A stretch of DNA of 64,000 nucleotides, from NCBI GenBank assembly GCA_049472315.1, contig JBLIRN010000011.1:1-64000 (forward strand), read 5' to 3'. Made by a program: the position numbers and the translations under genes. The DNA comes from a bacterium (GTDB lineage: Bacteria; SZUA-182; DTGQ01; JAFGSM01). The notes under the pieces are model-generated. The model ran no database searches and was not told the origin of the DNA. It saw only the letters and a program-made list of their open reading frames with translations. Of this stretch, positions 49,259 to 59,402 are shown one piece after another. Numbering within the stretch: position 1 is the stretch's first letter; every line of letters starts with the position of its first letter.

Positions 49259-49539
49259 GCATTGTGTTTTGCCCTCTGCAGGGTGTTGAATGGCACGGGA
49301 TACTTCAGCGATGATCCTTCGGTTGTATTTTGCTTCCTTTGATGATATACAATAGATGCTCTGGTTCAGGATCGGATGCCCCATCCCTGCGGAAGAATAG
49401 CGGTGTTTCACTATGGCGCTCTCGGGGCCAGGGGATGCGGCGAGATAAGAGATACACCATGATCCTGGTATCGTATCATTCCCATTGTAAACGCGGTTCC
49501 TCGAACTACCCTTAATTTTACGAAACCTGCTAAAGCACC

Positions 49540-51057
49540 ATGAGGAAGATTATCCCAGTCCTATTCCTGTATCTCCTTTTCTGCCTCTGTATTCCGGAGC
49601 ACCCTCTTGCCGCCTCACTCAAGGTCCCTGTGGGTGACTGGAAATATGAGGCCATAGAGCGGATCACCGTTGCATGGGGGATCGCCTACCCCATAAACAG
49701 CAGACCGATGAACAGGCTGGATATGGCGAGGCTCGTGAGGCAGGCAAGGGCGCTGCAGGATGCGGACAAGGAAAAACGGAGTGACCATTTGGAGCGACTC
49801 CTTTCCATGATGGAAGAGGATCTCGGGCTGGTGACCGCACACGGGGATCGCCCCGGACATGAATCGGGGATACGGACGGTTACCTGCATCACCCTGCAGG
49901 GGGCATACGGTCACGGGCCTAGTATAGAGGAGAACAACGCCGGTGACACCCTTGGTGATGGATGGCACGGGAGGGTGATACCGGAGTGGGGGTTCGAAAC
50001 AGGGGCGTTTGCCGGGACCCTGGCGGCGCGTCTTTCTCTGGACAGCGATGATGACGAATCGGTTGATTTTCATAGATTATACCTGGCAATTGAAGGGGAA
50101 CATATAGGGATTGCTGTGGGGAGGGATTCCCTGTGGTGGGGGCCGGGAAGGCACGGGGCATGGGTGCTCACCAACAATGCCCCGGCCCTTGATCTTGTCA
50201 GGCTTTACAATCCCTATCCCTATTCGCTCGGTTTCCTGGGGGCGTTCAGGTTCGTCCTGCTGTATGGAAGGACCTCGGCAATGCCGGTCGAATACACGGA
50301 GGCAGGCACCGAAGTGATGGTGTTCACAAAGCCGCACTTCGGAGGCATGCGCATCGATTTTTCCCCCTCTCCCCTGTTCGAGTTCGGGGCATCAATGGCC
50401 GCCCATTTTATCGGAAGGGACGGACTGGACCTCGATGACGTGAAGGAGGTATTTTTCCCCAGGCACAAGGCGGTCAACCGGGAGGAAACCGAGGGCCCGG
50501 TCACCGACCGGGTCGCCTCCTTCGATGCGTCCTTAAATCTTTCCCTGCCCTTTCGCCGGCTGCACGGAATGCGGGCATACGTGGAATACGGGGGCACGGA
50601 TTTAAGCTTTGTGGAACGGCTCTATCCGAGGCTCACCGATGTGGCGACCCTCTACGGCCTGTACCTCGACACCGGCTCAACCGACCTGAGGGTGGAGTAT
50701 GCCCAGAACCTGGACCATGACGACACCCGCTGGTACACCCACGGCCAATTCCTTGACGGCTATACCCACGATGGTTCCATCATAGGGCATGCCATAGGAG
50801 GGGCGGCACGGGATGTGTGGGTGAGGATGACGCACCCCTTTGCTGCGTGCTGGCGTGTTTCGGTTGACTATGAACACCTCCTGAGGAAGGAGCGATATGG
50901 GAGCGTCCCCGGCAGAAGGAACGGCATTCGATTCGGTCTCCGTCATGTCGGGGTTCATGCCCAGGCGGGCATCGAGTATGAATATGAACGGGGGGAATGG
51001 CAAGGAATGGGTGAGGAAGGCCATCTGCTGCTTCTGAGCTGGACAAGGCGCTTATAG
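49540..51057 (+). CDS. wzi: Capsule assembly Wzi-family outer-membrane protein
   Basis: Signal peptide; GRDSLWWGPG...LTNNAP and IGHAIG motifs; directly upstream of the export genes. Confidence 0.85.
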   Translation: MRKIIPVLFLYLLFCLCIPEHPLAASLKVPVGDWKYEAIERITVAWGIAYPINSRPMNRLDMARLVRQARALQDADKEKRSDHLERLLSMMEEDLGLVTAHGDRPGHESGIRTVTCITLQGAYGHGPSIEENNAGDTLGDGWHGRVIPEWGFETGAFAGTLAARLSLDSDDDESVDFHRLYLAIEGEHIGIAVGRDSLWWGPGRHGAWVLTNNAPALDLVRLYNPYPYSLGFLGAFRFVLLYGRTSAMPVEYTEAGTEVMVFTKPHFGGMRIDFSPSPLFEFGASMAAHFIGRDGLDLDDVKEVFFPRHKAVNREETEGPVTDRVASFDASLNLSLPFRRLHGMRAYVEYGGTDLSFVERLYPRLTDVATLYGLYLDTGSTDLRVEYAQNLDHDDTRWYTHGQFLDGYTHDGSIIGHAIGGAARDVWVRMTHPFAACWRVSVDYEHLLRKERYGSVPGRRNGIRFGLRHVGVHAQAGIEYEYERGEWQGMGEEGHLLLLSWTRRL

Positions 51058-51247
51058 CAAAGGGGAGATTCCGGGAATCCTGATTCTGGGATGGTACCGT
51101 CGTGGGCAGACATGGAAACATGTCTGCTCATGTTAATCCAGTGTCAAAATGGGAATTGTTGGGGAATGCCATACTCTTTGAAAAATGACTCCAGGTGTGT
51201 TACATTTTCTCTTCGTTTCTAACCCTAAGACAAGGTGATTATACATT

Positions 51248-54200
51248 ATGAAAAGATTCGTGACGGTTCTTTTCATGCTTCATGTCCTCATCGTTCCTTC
51301 CGCTCGCGCACAGAACATTACCCCGGCTCAAATCGATCAGCTAAAACGATTGTCCCCTGCACAACAGAAGGCGCTTGCCGAACAATATGGCGTGAAGATC
51401 CCTGAACAAGGTGAGGAGCGGGAGAAAGAGGATACACTGGCTGCCCCGGTGGTCATCCCTCGTGACTCCGATGAGCTTTCGGCGATCGAGGAGAAGTTCC
51501 ATACGCGAGGGGAGGAAGATCTTACCGGACCGGCCGTTCGATCCAGGAGGAGGATTGAACGGCACAGGGAGGACAAGCGTGCCCGGGGGGGGAAACGAGA
51601 GGGCGATCAAAGGGAGCGAGACCTCTCTGATACATCGGCCACACAGGTCCATTCCCCTTCTGAACAGTGGTCTCCTGTCAAGTCCGAACGGGACCTCATC
51701 CGACTCACCTTTGAGGACCTTGTGGAGGAAGGGGTTTCTTCGGGCGTTTCGACCGGGATCGACCAGTTTGGATATACCCTCTTTGCTGGCACCCCTACCA
51801 CCTTTGCCCCTGCCACCGATATACCGGTGCCGCGCGACTACATCATCGGACCGGAGGATGAGGTCCTGGTCCATTTGTATGGTGCACGCCAGGAGCAGCT
51901 TATCCTCACCGTGACCAGAAAGGGAACCATCAACTTCCCGGATGAGGGGCCTATTCATGTGGCCGGGCTTACCTTTTCCCGGATGACCTCCCTTATCGAA
52001 GAGATCGTCAAGAACAAGATGATCGGGGTCAATGTGTATATCACCATGGGACAATTGCGATCGATCCGGGTTTTTGTCCTGGGGGATGTCGAGCGGCCCG
52101 GTTCCTACACGGTCAGCGGCCTTTCCACCCTCTCCCATGCCCTTTTCGTGTCCGGCGGGGTCAAAAAGATTGGAACCCTGCGCTCCATCGAACTTCGTCG
52201 CGATGGAAAAAGGATTTCCGTGCTCGATCTCTATGATTTTCTGCTCAAGGGTGACACCTCAGGCGACGTGCGGCTTTTGCCCGGGGATGTGGTGTTCGTG
52301 CCGCCGATCGGGAGTACGGCGGGGATCGCCGGGGAGGTAAAGCGTCCGGCCATCTATGAGCTCAAGGGGAAGACCACGGTCGGGGGGTTGATAGACATGG
52401 CCGGCGGGCTGCTTGCCACCGGATTCAGAAATATGGCCCAGATCGAGCGGATCAACGAGGACGGGGAGAGGGTTGTATTCGACATAGATTTGAGCGATGA
52501 TGGAAAGGCAACCACGATGCGTGACGGGGACCTGCTCAAGATCTTCCCTGTGCTCGATATCGAAGAGCGCGTTGTCTATCTCACCGGCAATGTAAAACGT
52601 CCCGGCAAGAGGGGATATGTCCCCGGGATGAGGATATCCGACCTGGTGGAGGGAAACGATGATCTCATGCCCGAGACCTATTACTCCTATGCGCTCATCG
52701 AGCGGGAGGCGGAGGGAAACAGGGAGCCCGAGCTGATTCGATTCGACCTTGGAAGGGTGCTCGAAGGTGACCGGGAGGCGGATTGTGCCCTGCAGCCACG
52801 GGATAGGGTGTTCATCTTCCATCGCTCCCATTTCAGGGAGATACCCATGGCCTCGATCGGCGGGGTCCGGGATTCCCCCGGTTCACTCTGCGGTGCGGAG
52901 CCGAAACGGGGCATCCCCGCAAATGCAGGAAAGAGACTAACCCTTTCCCAGGACCCGTACGGTTGCGTCAACGGCACAAGGGCGGTGGTGCATGCACCCG
53001 GGTTCTACGAGTTGAAGAAAGGGATGCGGGTGATCGATCTCATCCTCGCGGGGGGAGGTCTGCTGCGCGATGCGTACCTGGATGAGGCGGAGCTTTATCG
53101 GACCGATCCCCTTACCAAACAGGTGACGGTGGTGAAGATCGATCTGCGGGGGGTGCTGAGGCGGGAGGGGATCGATAACCTGCTGCTTCAGGACCTCGAT
53201 CATCTTGCGATTCATTCGATCTGGGAATTCAAGACCCCTCATGAGGTAACCGTATCAGGGGAGGTGAACGTCCCGGGCACCTATCCCATGATTGAGGGGG
53301 CAACGATTTCGGACCTTATCTTCAGCAGCGGCAGCTTTACCGAGAAGGCGTACCGGAAGCGGGCCGAACTCACCAGATACTTCGTGGTGAAGGGGGAAAA
53401 GCGGGTGTCCGAGCATATCCTGGTGAACCTCGAGGGGATCGCTGCAGGGGATCGATTCGCCGATATAGTGCTTCAGCCCTATGACCACCTGCACATTCAG
53501 AGGGTGACCAACTGGCGTGAGGCGGAACGGGTCACCATTACCGGGGAGGTGCGTTTCCCCGGTGTCTACCCCATCGAGGAGGGGGAGATGCTCGCCGATC
53601 TCATCGAACGGGCGGGCGGGTTCACCGAGGATTGCTACCTTTTCGCAGCAAAGTTCACCCGGAGGGTGATTGCGGAATTCCAGGAGAAGGAATTCGATGA
53701 TATGGCGGACAAGCTGGAATCCGACATCGCACGGCTGGGGGCTGCGCCGGTGGCTGCAGGGGAGGAAAAGGACACCGAGAAACGGAAATTCGCGGTGGCC
53801 AATCTCATGCAGTTGGTGGAGAGGCTTCGCACCACAAAGCCGGAGGGCCGCCTCATCATCCACCTCATGGAGCCGGATCAGTTGCGGGAAAGCCGATACA
53901 ACATCCTGCTCCAGGACGGCGATGCACTCCATATTCCCAAAAAACCGGACTCCGTGCTGGTGCTCGGCGAGGTTTACAATCCCACCGCCTTCCTGTATGA
54001 AAAAGGGAAAAACAGCCGGGACTTCATCCGATCCGCCGGTGGTCTTACCGAGATGGCAAACCGGGACGCCATTTACGTCATCAAGGCCAACGGCGAGGTG
54101 GTCCCTGATAAGACAGGTTTTTTCAGGAGTGGCGTTTCGGTGGGTCCTGGTGATATAATAGTGGCACCTGAGAAGATACGACGGATATCCGGTTTGGAGT

Positions 54201-54280
54201 TGACCAAGGATATCTCGCAGATTGTCTACCAGTTGGGGATTTCCGCAGCAGCCTTCAAAACGGTGGGGTTATTCGACTGA
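51248..54280 (+). CDS. SLBB-domain polysaccharide export protein (Wza/KpsD/OtnA-like)
   Basis: FGYTLF, PRDYIIGPED Poly_export domain and repeated GEVxxPGxY SLBB units. Confidence 0.9.
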   Translation: MKRFVTVLFMLHVLIVPSARAQNITPAQIDQLKRLSPAQQKALAEQYGVKIPEQGEEREKEDTLAAPVVIPRDSDELSAIEEKFHTRGEEDLTGPAVRSRRRIERHREDKRARGGKREGDQRERDLSDTSATQVHSPSEQWSPVKSERDLIRLTFEDLVEEGVSSGVSTGIDQFGYTLFAGTPTTFAPATDIPVPRDYIIGPEDEVLVHLYGARQEQLILTVTRKGTINFPDEGPIHVAGLTFSRMTSLIEEIVKNKMIGVNVYITMGQLRSIRVFVLGDVERPGSYTVSGLSTLSHALFVSGGVKKIGTLRSIELRRDGKRISVLDLYDFLLKGDTSGDVRLLPGDVVFVPPIGSTAGIAGEVKRPAIYELKGKTTVGGLIDMAGGLLATGFRNMAQIERINEDGERVVFDIDLSDDGKATTMRDGDLLKIFPVLDIEERVVYLTGNVKRPGKRGYVPGMRISDLVEGNDDLMPETYYSYALIEREAEGNREPELIRFDLGRVLEGDREADCALQPRDRVFIFHRSHFREIPMASIGGVRDSPGSLCGAEPKRGIPANAGKRLTLSQDPYGCVNGTRAVVHAPGFYELKKGMRVIDLILAGGGLLRDAYLDEAELYRTDPLTKQVTVVKIDLRGVLRREGIDNLLLQDLDHLAIHSIWEFKTPHEVTVSGEVNVPGTYPMIEGATISDLIFSSGSFTEKAYRKRAELTRYFVVKGEKRVSEHILVNLEGIAAGDRFADIVLQPYDHLHIQRVTNWREAERVTITGEVRFPGVYPIEEGEMLADLIERAGGFTEDCYLFAAKFTRRVIAEFQEKEFDDMADKLESDIARLGAAPVAAGEEKDTEKRKFAVANLMQLVERLRTTKPEGRLIIHLMEPDQLRESRYNILLQDGDALHIPKKPDSVLVLGEVYNPTAFLYEKGKNSRDFIRSAGGLTEMANRDAIYVIKANGEVVPDKTGFFRSGVSVGPGDIIVAPEKIRRISGLELTKDISQIVYQLGISAAAFKTVGLFD

Positions 54281-55263
54281 TGAAATTCAAAAGCCAGAAT
54301 GAACTCGACACGGAATCCAAGGTTCAGGAATCCTTTGAAATCCCTCCCGGATGGCCGGCTCCCTATCCCAACCACCAAAACGGATTCTACGTCGAGGATG
54401 AGGAGATAAACCTCATCGAATATTGGCGGGTGCTGATGAAGCGGAAGTGGATCATTGTCCTGATCGTCATCATGACCGCCATCTCCAGTGTGATCTTTTC
54501 GCTGCTCATGCCGAATATCTATCGAGCGGAGGTTGTGCTCGCCCCCATCGAGAAGAAGAACGGGGGAGGCGGATTTGCCAGCCTGCTCGGTCAGTTCAAC
54601 GGGCTCGCCTCAATGGTGGGGCTCCCCCTTGGCAACGGGAGCAACGAGGTGAACCTGGCGGTGCTGAAATCACGCGCCTTCATCAAACAGGTTGTCGAGG
54701 AGAATGAGATGATGCCCCTCCTTTTCCCGGAGAAGTGGGACCAGGAAAAGAATGCCTGGAACGTCACCATCCCCGATGAGAAACCCACCCTGTGGGACGC
54801 CTATCGATTGCTGGACGGCATCCTGAGCGTTTCCACCGACCGGAAGAACGGGTTGACCACCGTGTCCCTGGAGCGGGAGGATCCTGCGCAGGCGGCCTCC
54901 TGGCTTACCCTCTTTATCGAGACCCTCAACAATCATCTCAAGGAACAGGCCATCAAGGAGGCGGAGGCCAACATCGACTACCTCAGCAAATTGATAGAGG
55001 AGACCCCTTTGCTGGAGATGCGGCAGAGCCTCTATGCCGTCATTGCCGAGCAAACAAGACAGATCATGCTCGCCAAGGCGCAGCAGTATTTCGCATTCAA
55101 GATCATCGATCCCCCCGAGGTCCCCGACAAGAAATTCAAGCCGAAGCGATCCATGATCGTCCTTTTATCCACCTTCGTGGCGGCATTTATGGCCATCTTC
55201 CTCGTCTTTTTCATGGAATACCTGGATAGGCAAAGACAGGGCGACATAAACGAAAAGCTCTGA
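54280..55263 (+). CDS. wzz: Wzz/FepE-type chain-length determinant
   Basis: EEINLIEYW; two TM helices; IIDPP..P..K.KPKR motif. Confidence 0.88.
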   Translation: MKFKSQNELDTESKVQESFEIPPGWPAPYPNHQNGFYVEDEEINLIEYWRVLMKRKWIIVLIVIMTAISSVIFSLLMPNIYRAEVVLAPIEKKNGGGGFASLLGQFNGLASMVGLPLGNGSNEVNLAVLKSRAFIKQVVEENEMMPLLFPEKWDQEKNAWNVTIPDEKPTLWDAYRLLDGILSVSTDRKNGLTTVSLEREDPAQAASWLTLFIETLNNHLKEQAIKEAEANIDYLSKLIEETPLLEMRQSLYAVIAEQTRQIMLAKAQQYFAFKIIDPPEVPDKKFKPKRSMIVLLSTFVAAFMAIFLVFFMEYLDRQRQGDINEKL

Positions 55264-55429
55264 TCCCGAGGAAGGCCTCTCCACCCCGCGGTGTGTCCTG
55301 TTGATTCATAGAGCCTTTAGATCTCTGCTCATATGCCTGTATGCCAATGAAGGAACAGGTCTGTGCAATGCATGGAGGGAGAAATGGCGTGTCCTTTTTC
55401 AGGGTGCCAGATAATCAGAGGGTGTGCAA

Positions 55430-57481
55430 TCAGGCAGGCACGGGGCTGCGCACCGGCGTTGGTATGCTGCCTGCCCCCAGCGTGTTTCTCACGCATGACT
55501 CGTAATCCTCAAGGGTGCGGAATGACGGAATAGAGGAATCGGTTACAAGGCCCGTATCCCTGAGGGATGCGGGTATGGTCGGTGATGTGGTATTGTGCAG
55601 CAGCATCCTCACCAATGTGGTAAATCCCTCCGTGCGGTTGTTGGGGGGTGGATCGAAAAGGGTGCAGTAGTCGATCATCGATTCCCTGATGCGGATCGAC
55701 TTTATCGTGGATGCATCGACCGCATAGATGAGGTCAATGATCCGGGTACCGTTCCCGCTGGCGGAGCCCTGTGCAATGCAGCCAATAGCGATGCATTTGA
55801 TCAACTCCCACTTGAACAGGCCCTTCTTCTCCCCTCCGTCCAGGAGGATGCCCTGGGAATATAGTTTTGCGGGCCTCATCTCGCACATGGACATGGCTGT
55901 TTTAACCTCCGGTTTAACCGCTGTGCTCGGTTTCTGCACGGCGGGTTCGGAGGGATCGACCGTGGGGGCGGCCGGAGCGGGCACGCCTTGTCCCGCGACG
56001 TTTCTGCCGGCCACCAGATCCCGTGCCTTTCTCAGGCCTTCCTCCATCCGTTCGGTCCATTCGGGATAACGATCACACCGTTCCCGTGCCTTCTGGAATA
56101 ATTCCATGGCCTTATCCGGACGCTTAAGAACGTCGAAGCACATGCTCCCATAGGAAACGGTGGCCTTCATGCACTCGCTGGCCTCCGGATAGCTGGTGAT
56201 CAATCGTTCATAGGCATCGGCGGCCTCTTGCGCATTTCCCTCCTTTTCGAACAGGTAGGCGATGGCCAACTGATCCCTGGGCAACAGGGAGGTATCGGAT
56301 GAGAGCCCCTTCATGTCCAGGTACGTGCTCAGCGCAAGGGGATGGTTTTTATCGGCCAGGTAGCGGGATGCCACCTTCCTGTAAGCCTGGGCGGCATCCG
56401 CTGTTTTGCCCTGTTTCGAACAGATCTGCCCCAATATGATGTTGCCGTCGAGGTTGTTCGGTTCTACCTTGAGAAAATCCTTGATGTTCGCCAGGGCCTC
56501 ATCGTACTGCTCCAGGTCGAACTTTTCCATTGCCGCCAGAAGTGCCGGGTGCTGTTGTATGGATATCTTCTGGTCTATGCCCGGCTTGATAAACCGTTCC
56601 TCGATATTGAATTGCTGCATGAGGTAGGCAACGGCCATCCCGAAGGCGAATCCGCCGATGTGGGCCCAAAAGGCCACCCCGCCGGTTTCACCCGTCCCGG
56701 ATGACAGCATGGCAAAGTAGATCTGCTGGATAAACCAGAATGGAAGGGCCACATATGCCGGGATGTGAAAGGTCCCTGTCTTGACGAAGAATAGAAACAG
56801 CCAGAGGGTGTAGAATATCTTGATCCTTGTCTTATACATCTTTACCAGGAACGCCCCCATGGCGCCTGCAATGGCACCGGATGCACCAATCAGGGGGATG
56901 GTGCTTTGTGGAAACATGATCACGTGGGCCTGAGCGGCGATAATTCCACCGAGTAGGTAAAATCCCGCATATAGGGGCCGCCCCCACTTGTCCTCGATGT
57001 TGCAGCCAGCCAGCCACAGGAAGAGCATGTTGAAGAACAGATGGAAGAACCCCCCATGCATGAACATCGACGAAAGGTAGCCAAACAGTTTGGGATTGCG
57101 CGGAATAAGACCATATTTATACGAGGGCAGGGAATACTTGATGGCGGACAGCTCGTCGACCAGTTCTTTGAGTCGTTCCCTATCGGCATGCGTTGACGTT
57201 GACTCTATCCAACCGCCGCCGTACTCTTGTTTTATATCCAACAGGAGGTTTTTAAGATCACGATTTTCATCATCGATGATCACTTCGACATCGATATCCG
57301 AATGTGTGGCATAGAAATCGATGACATGCTCGAATGCCTCTCCGAAGGCATGTTCGAGCCTTGATTGTGATGTCCTCGTGGAGAAGAAAATGAGCACGTT
57401 CAGACATATGATGACGATGGTCACATACGGCAATCTTTGAACGACTTGATCTTCATGTCCTATCGGAAGCAGGATGAACAA
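55430..57481 (-). CDS. Rhomboid-family intramembrane serine protease with TPR extension
   Basis: HLFFNMLFLW, GASGA and AHIGG motifs, followed by helical TPR-like repeats. Confidence 0.9.
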   Translation of the reverse strand: MFILLPIGHEDQVVQRLPYVTIVIICLNVLIFFSTRTSQSRLEHAFGEAFEHVIDFYATHSDIDVEVIIDDENRDLKNLLLDIKQEYGGGWIESTSTHADRERLKELVDELSAIKYSLPSYKYGLIPRNPKLFGYLSSMFMHGGFFHLFFNMLFLWLAGCNIEDKWGRPLYAGFYLLGGIIAAQAHVIMFPQSTIPLIGASGAIAGAMGAFLVKMYKTRIKIFYTLWLFLFFVKTGTFHIPAYVALPFWFIQQIYFAMLSSGTGETGGVAFWAHIGGFAFGMAVAYLMQQFNIEERFIKPGIDQKISIQQHPALLAAMEKFDLEQYDEALANIKDFLKVEPNNLDGNIILGQICSKQGKTADAAQAYRKVASRYLADKNHPLALSTYLDMKGLSSDTSLLPRDQLAIAYLFEKEGNAQEAADAYERLITSYPEASECMKATVSYGSMCFDVLKRPDKAMELFQKARERCDRYPEWTERMEEGLRKARDLVAGRNVAGQGVPAPAAPTVDPSEPAVQKPSTAVKPEVKTAMSMCEMRPAKLYSQGILLDGGEKKGLFKWELIKCIAIGCIAQGSASGNGTRIIDLIYAVDASTIKSIRIRESMIDYCTLFDPPPNNRTEGFTTLVRMLLHNTTSPTIPASLRDTGLVTDSSIPSFRTLEDYESCVRNTLGAGSIPTPVRSPVPA

Positions 57482-57773
57482 TAGACCATTCCATGGTTAA
57501 TAACCGGTGCACCGCACATAGTTTCTTTATCATCATTACCAATGCCTGGCACTGCCCATTACAACCAATAAGCAACAATGGAAATCAGGCTGGGACCGCA
57601 CATCATTGACATACGCGCTGTCAAATCTATAATATTTATATCGTCACATTAGCGTGAAACGTCTTGAATATTAAAACTGAATCGACGGAATCATTCCCTG
57701 GATATGCGTGCAAACGAGTATCCATGGGACCTCGGCTCACAGGGTCAGAAAACTACCGACAGGGAATTTCAGG

Positions 57774-58709
57774 ATGAAATGGCTTGAAACAAGGGTCAAT
57801 TACACATGCACTGACAGGGAATGTGCCGCTGATCTCATATCGAATGTGTTTTACGAACTTGGTCTTCAGGGTGTGGTTATTGAGAATGCCAAGGATGGGG
57901 AGACGGCCGGAAGAAAGCATCGTGATCAGGGGATCTCCGGGCATGACGCGGTTATCGCCTATCTGCCGATCAACGGAGACATCGGGGCGCAGGTTCGCCT
58001 GGCCAGGGAAGGGCTTAATCTGCTGGGGAAGAGGCTGGACATGCAGTACAGGATCACCTTCCGTGCAGTGGATGAGGAAGACTGGGCCGAATCGTGGAAG
58101 GCATATTTCCGGCCCCAACGGATCTCAGGCCGCATTGTGGTCAGCCCGACGTGGATGGCATACGATCCCGCCCCACGTGATATTGTGGTCTCAATTGATC
58201 CCGGTATGGCCTTCGGCACCGGTACCCATCCTTCCACCCGCCTGTGCGTGACCTTGGTCGAACGCTACCTGCACAAGGGTGATTCCGTTCTGGATGTAGG
58301 AACCGGCTCGGGTATCCTCCTGATTGTTGCTGCCAAGCTCGGGGCGGGAAAGGGACTGGGGATCGATTCCGACCAGGTGGCGGTCGATGTTGCCGGGGAA
58401 AACCTCTCCCTCAACCGGATATGTTCCGGGTGCTTCCGGATTCAAAGAGGGGATCTCCTCGATGGGGTGCAAGATGTCTTTGATATGGTTGTCGCCAACA
58501 TCACCTCGGAGGTCATCGATGCCCTGATTCCCCGGCTCCATAGCGTGTTGCGGCCTGGAGGAATGTTTATATGCTCCGGTATTGTCGAGGAAAATCAGGG
58601 AATGATCGCGGACAGGCTGCTCGGGGCGGGATTCGAGGTTATGGAGACAGCCTCGCAGGAAGGCTGGACAGCGACGGCAGCCAAGGAACAAAATGGGGTC
58701 AGGTCTTGA
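57774..58709 (+). CDS. prmA: Ribosomal protein L11 methyltransferase
   Basis: EEDWAESWK, IDPGMAFGTGTHPST, LDVGTGSGIL and VANI motifs. Confidence 0.95.
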   Translation: MKWLETRVNYTCTDRECAADLISNVFYELGLQGVVIENAKDGETAGRKHRDQGISGHDAVIAYLPINGDIGAQVRLAREGLNLLGKRLDMQYRITFRAVDEEDWAESWKAYFRPQRISGRIVVSPTWMAYDPAPRDIVVSIDPGMAFGTGTHPSTRLCVTLVERYLHKGDSVLDVGTGSGILLIVAAKLGAGKGLGIDSDQVAVDVAGENLSLNRICSGCFRIQRGDLLDGVQDVFDMVVANITSEVIDALIPRLHSVLRPGGMFICSGIVEENQGMIADRLLGAGFEVMETASQEGWTATAAKEQNGVRS

Positions 58710-58888
58710 ATTATCAGTTTTTCACAAGAAACCCTCTTGTCGCCTTGTGGCACCACGAAGCATGAAAATCCATTTTCGGAACAAACCCTCATGCCCTTTC
58801 AGGGCGCCACGAAGAATGAAAATGCTATATTTTCTGATGAATACAGGATATTTTCGAGACAAAAACTGATAATTCAAGACCTGACCCC
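58695..58888. mobile_element. REPIN/MITE-like element with 28-bp terminal inverted repeats (copy 2)
   Basis: GGGGTCAGGTCTTGAATTATCAGTTTTT ... AAAAACTGATAATTCAAGACCTGACCCC; two internal direct-repeat units; supplies the prmA stop codon. Confidence 0.85.
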
Positions 58889-59036
58889 AAACCACTGACC
58901 CCAAACCACAAGAATTTTGACATATAAAGGCCGGTTTGATATATAATTATATTACCACAATTTACCACAATAGTTTTGATATGCATGTGATGAACGGCTT
59001 TGCGGATCCCGATCTGAGGAGGGTTTCATACGCACC

Positions 59037-59402
59037 ATGAATGACAAGCGGCAGTACCTACGAATACCGGAATCCTCCGAGTTGTCATATCGTCTCATTC
59101 CCCAGACTAAAACCACCGGGTCCATTTCCAAGGACATCAGCACAGGTGGGGTGCGTTTTTCCACGCGGGAATTCATTCCCATAGGCAGCACCCTGCGCAT
59201 ACGGCTCTCCATAAAGAGCATACCCTATATCTTGGATGCCTCGGTAAGCGTTAAATGGGCCAAAAGGATATCCGGCAGCGATCGATATGAGATAGGTGCC
59301 GAGTTCATTGACATCCCCCGGGAGAGTCTTCAACAGTTGGGCCGGTATATCCGGGAGACCGGCGGTGAGGAAAAGGGCCCGGATGATCCCTCCGAGGATT
59401 AA
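59037..59402 (+). CDS. PilZ-domain (c-di-GMP-binding) protein
   Basis: RQYLR (RxxxR) and DISTGG (DxSxxG) motifs. Confidence 0.88.
   Translation: MNDKRQYLRIPESSELSYRLIPQTKTTGSISKDISTGGVRFSTREFIPIGSTLRIRLSIKSIPYILDASVSVKWAKRISGSDRYEIGAEFIDIPRESLQQLGRYIRETGGEEKGPDDPSED

Noticed and set aside
52895..52965. Group I or group II intron in the SLBB gene (AGAGACTA; GAGCCG...CGTACGGTT)
   Set aside because: The segment is too short and the motif spacing does not fit P7 or domain V; it is kept only as a structured insertion.
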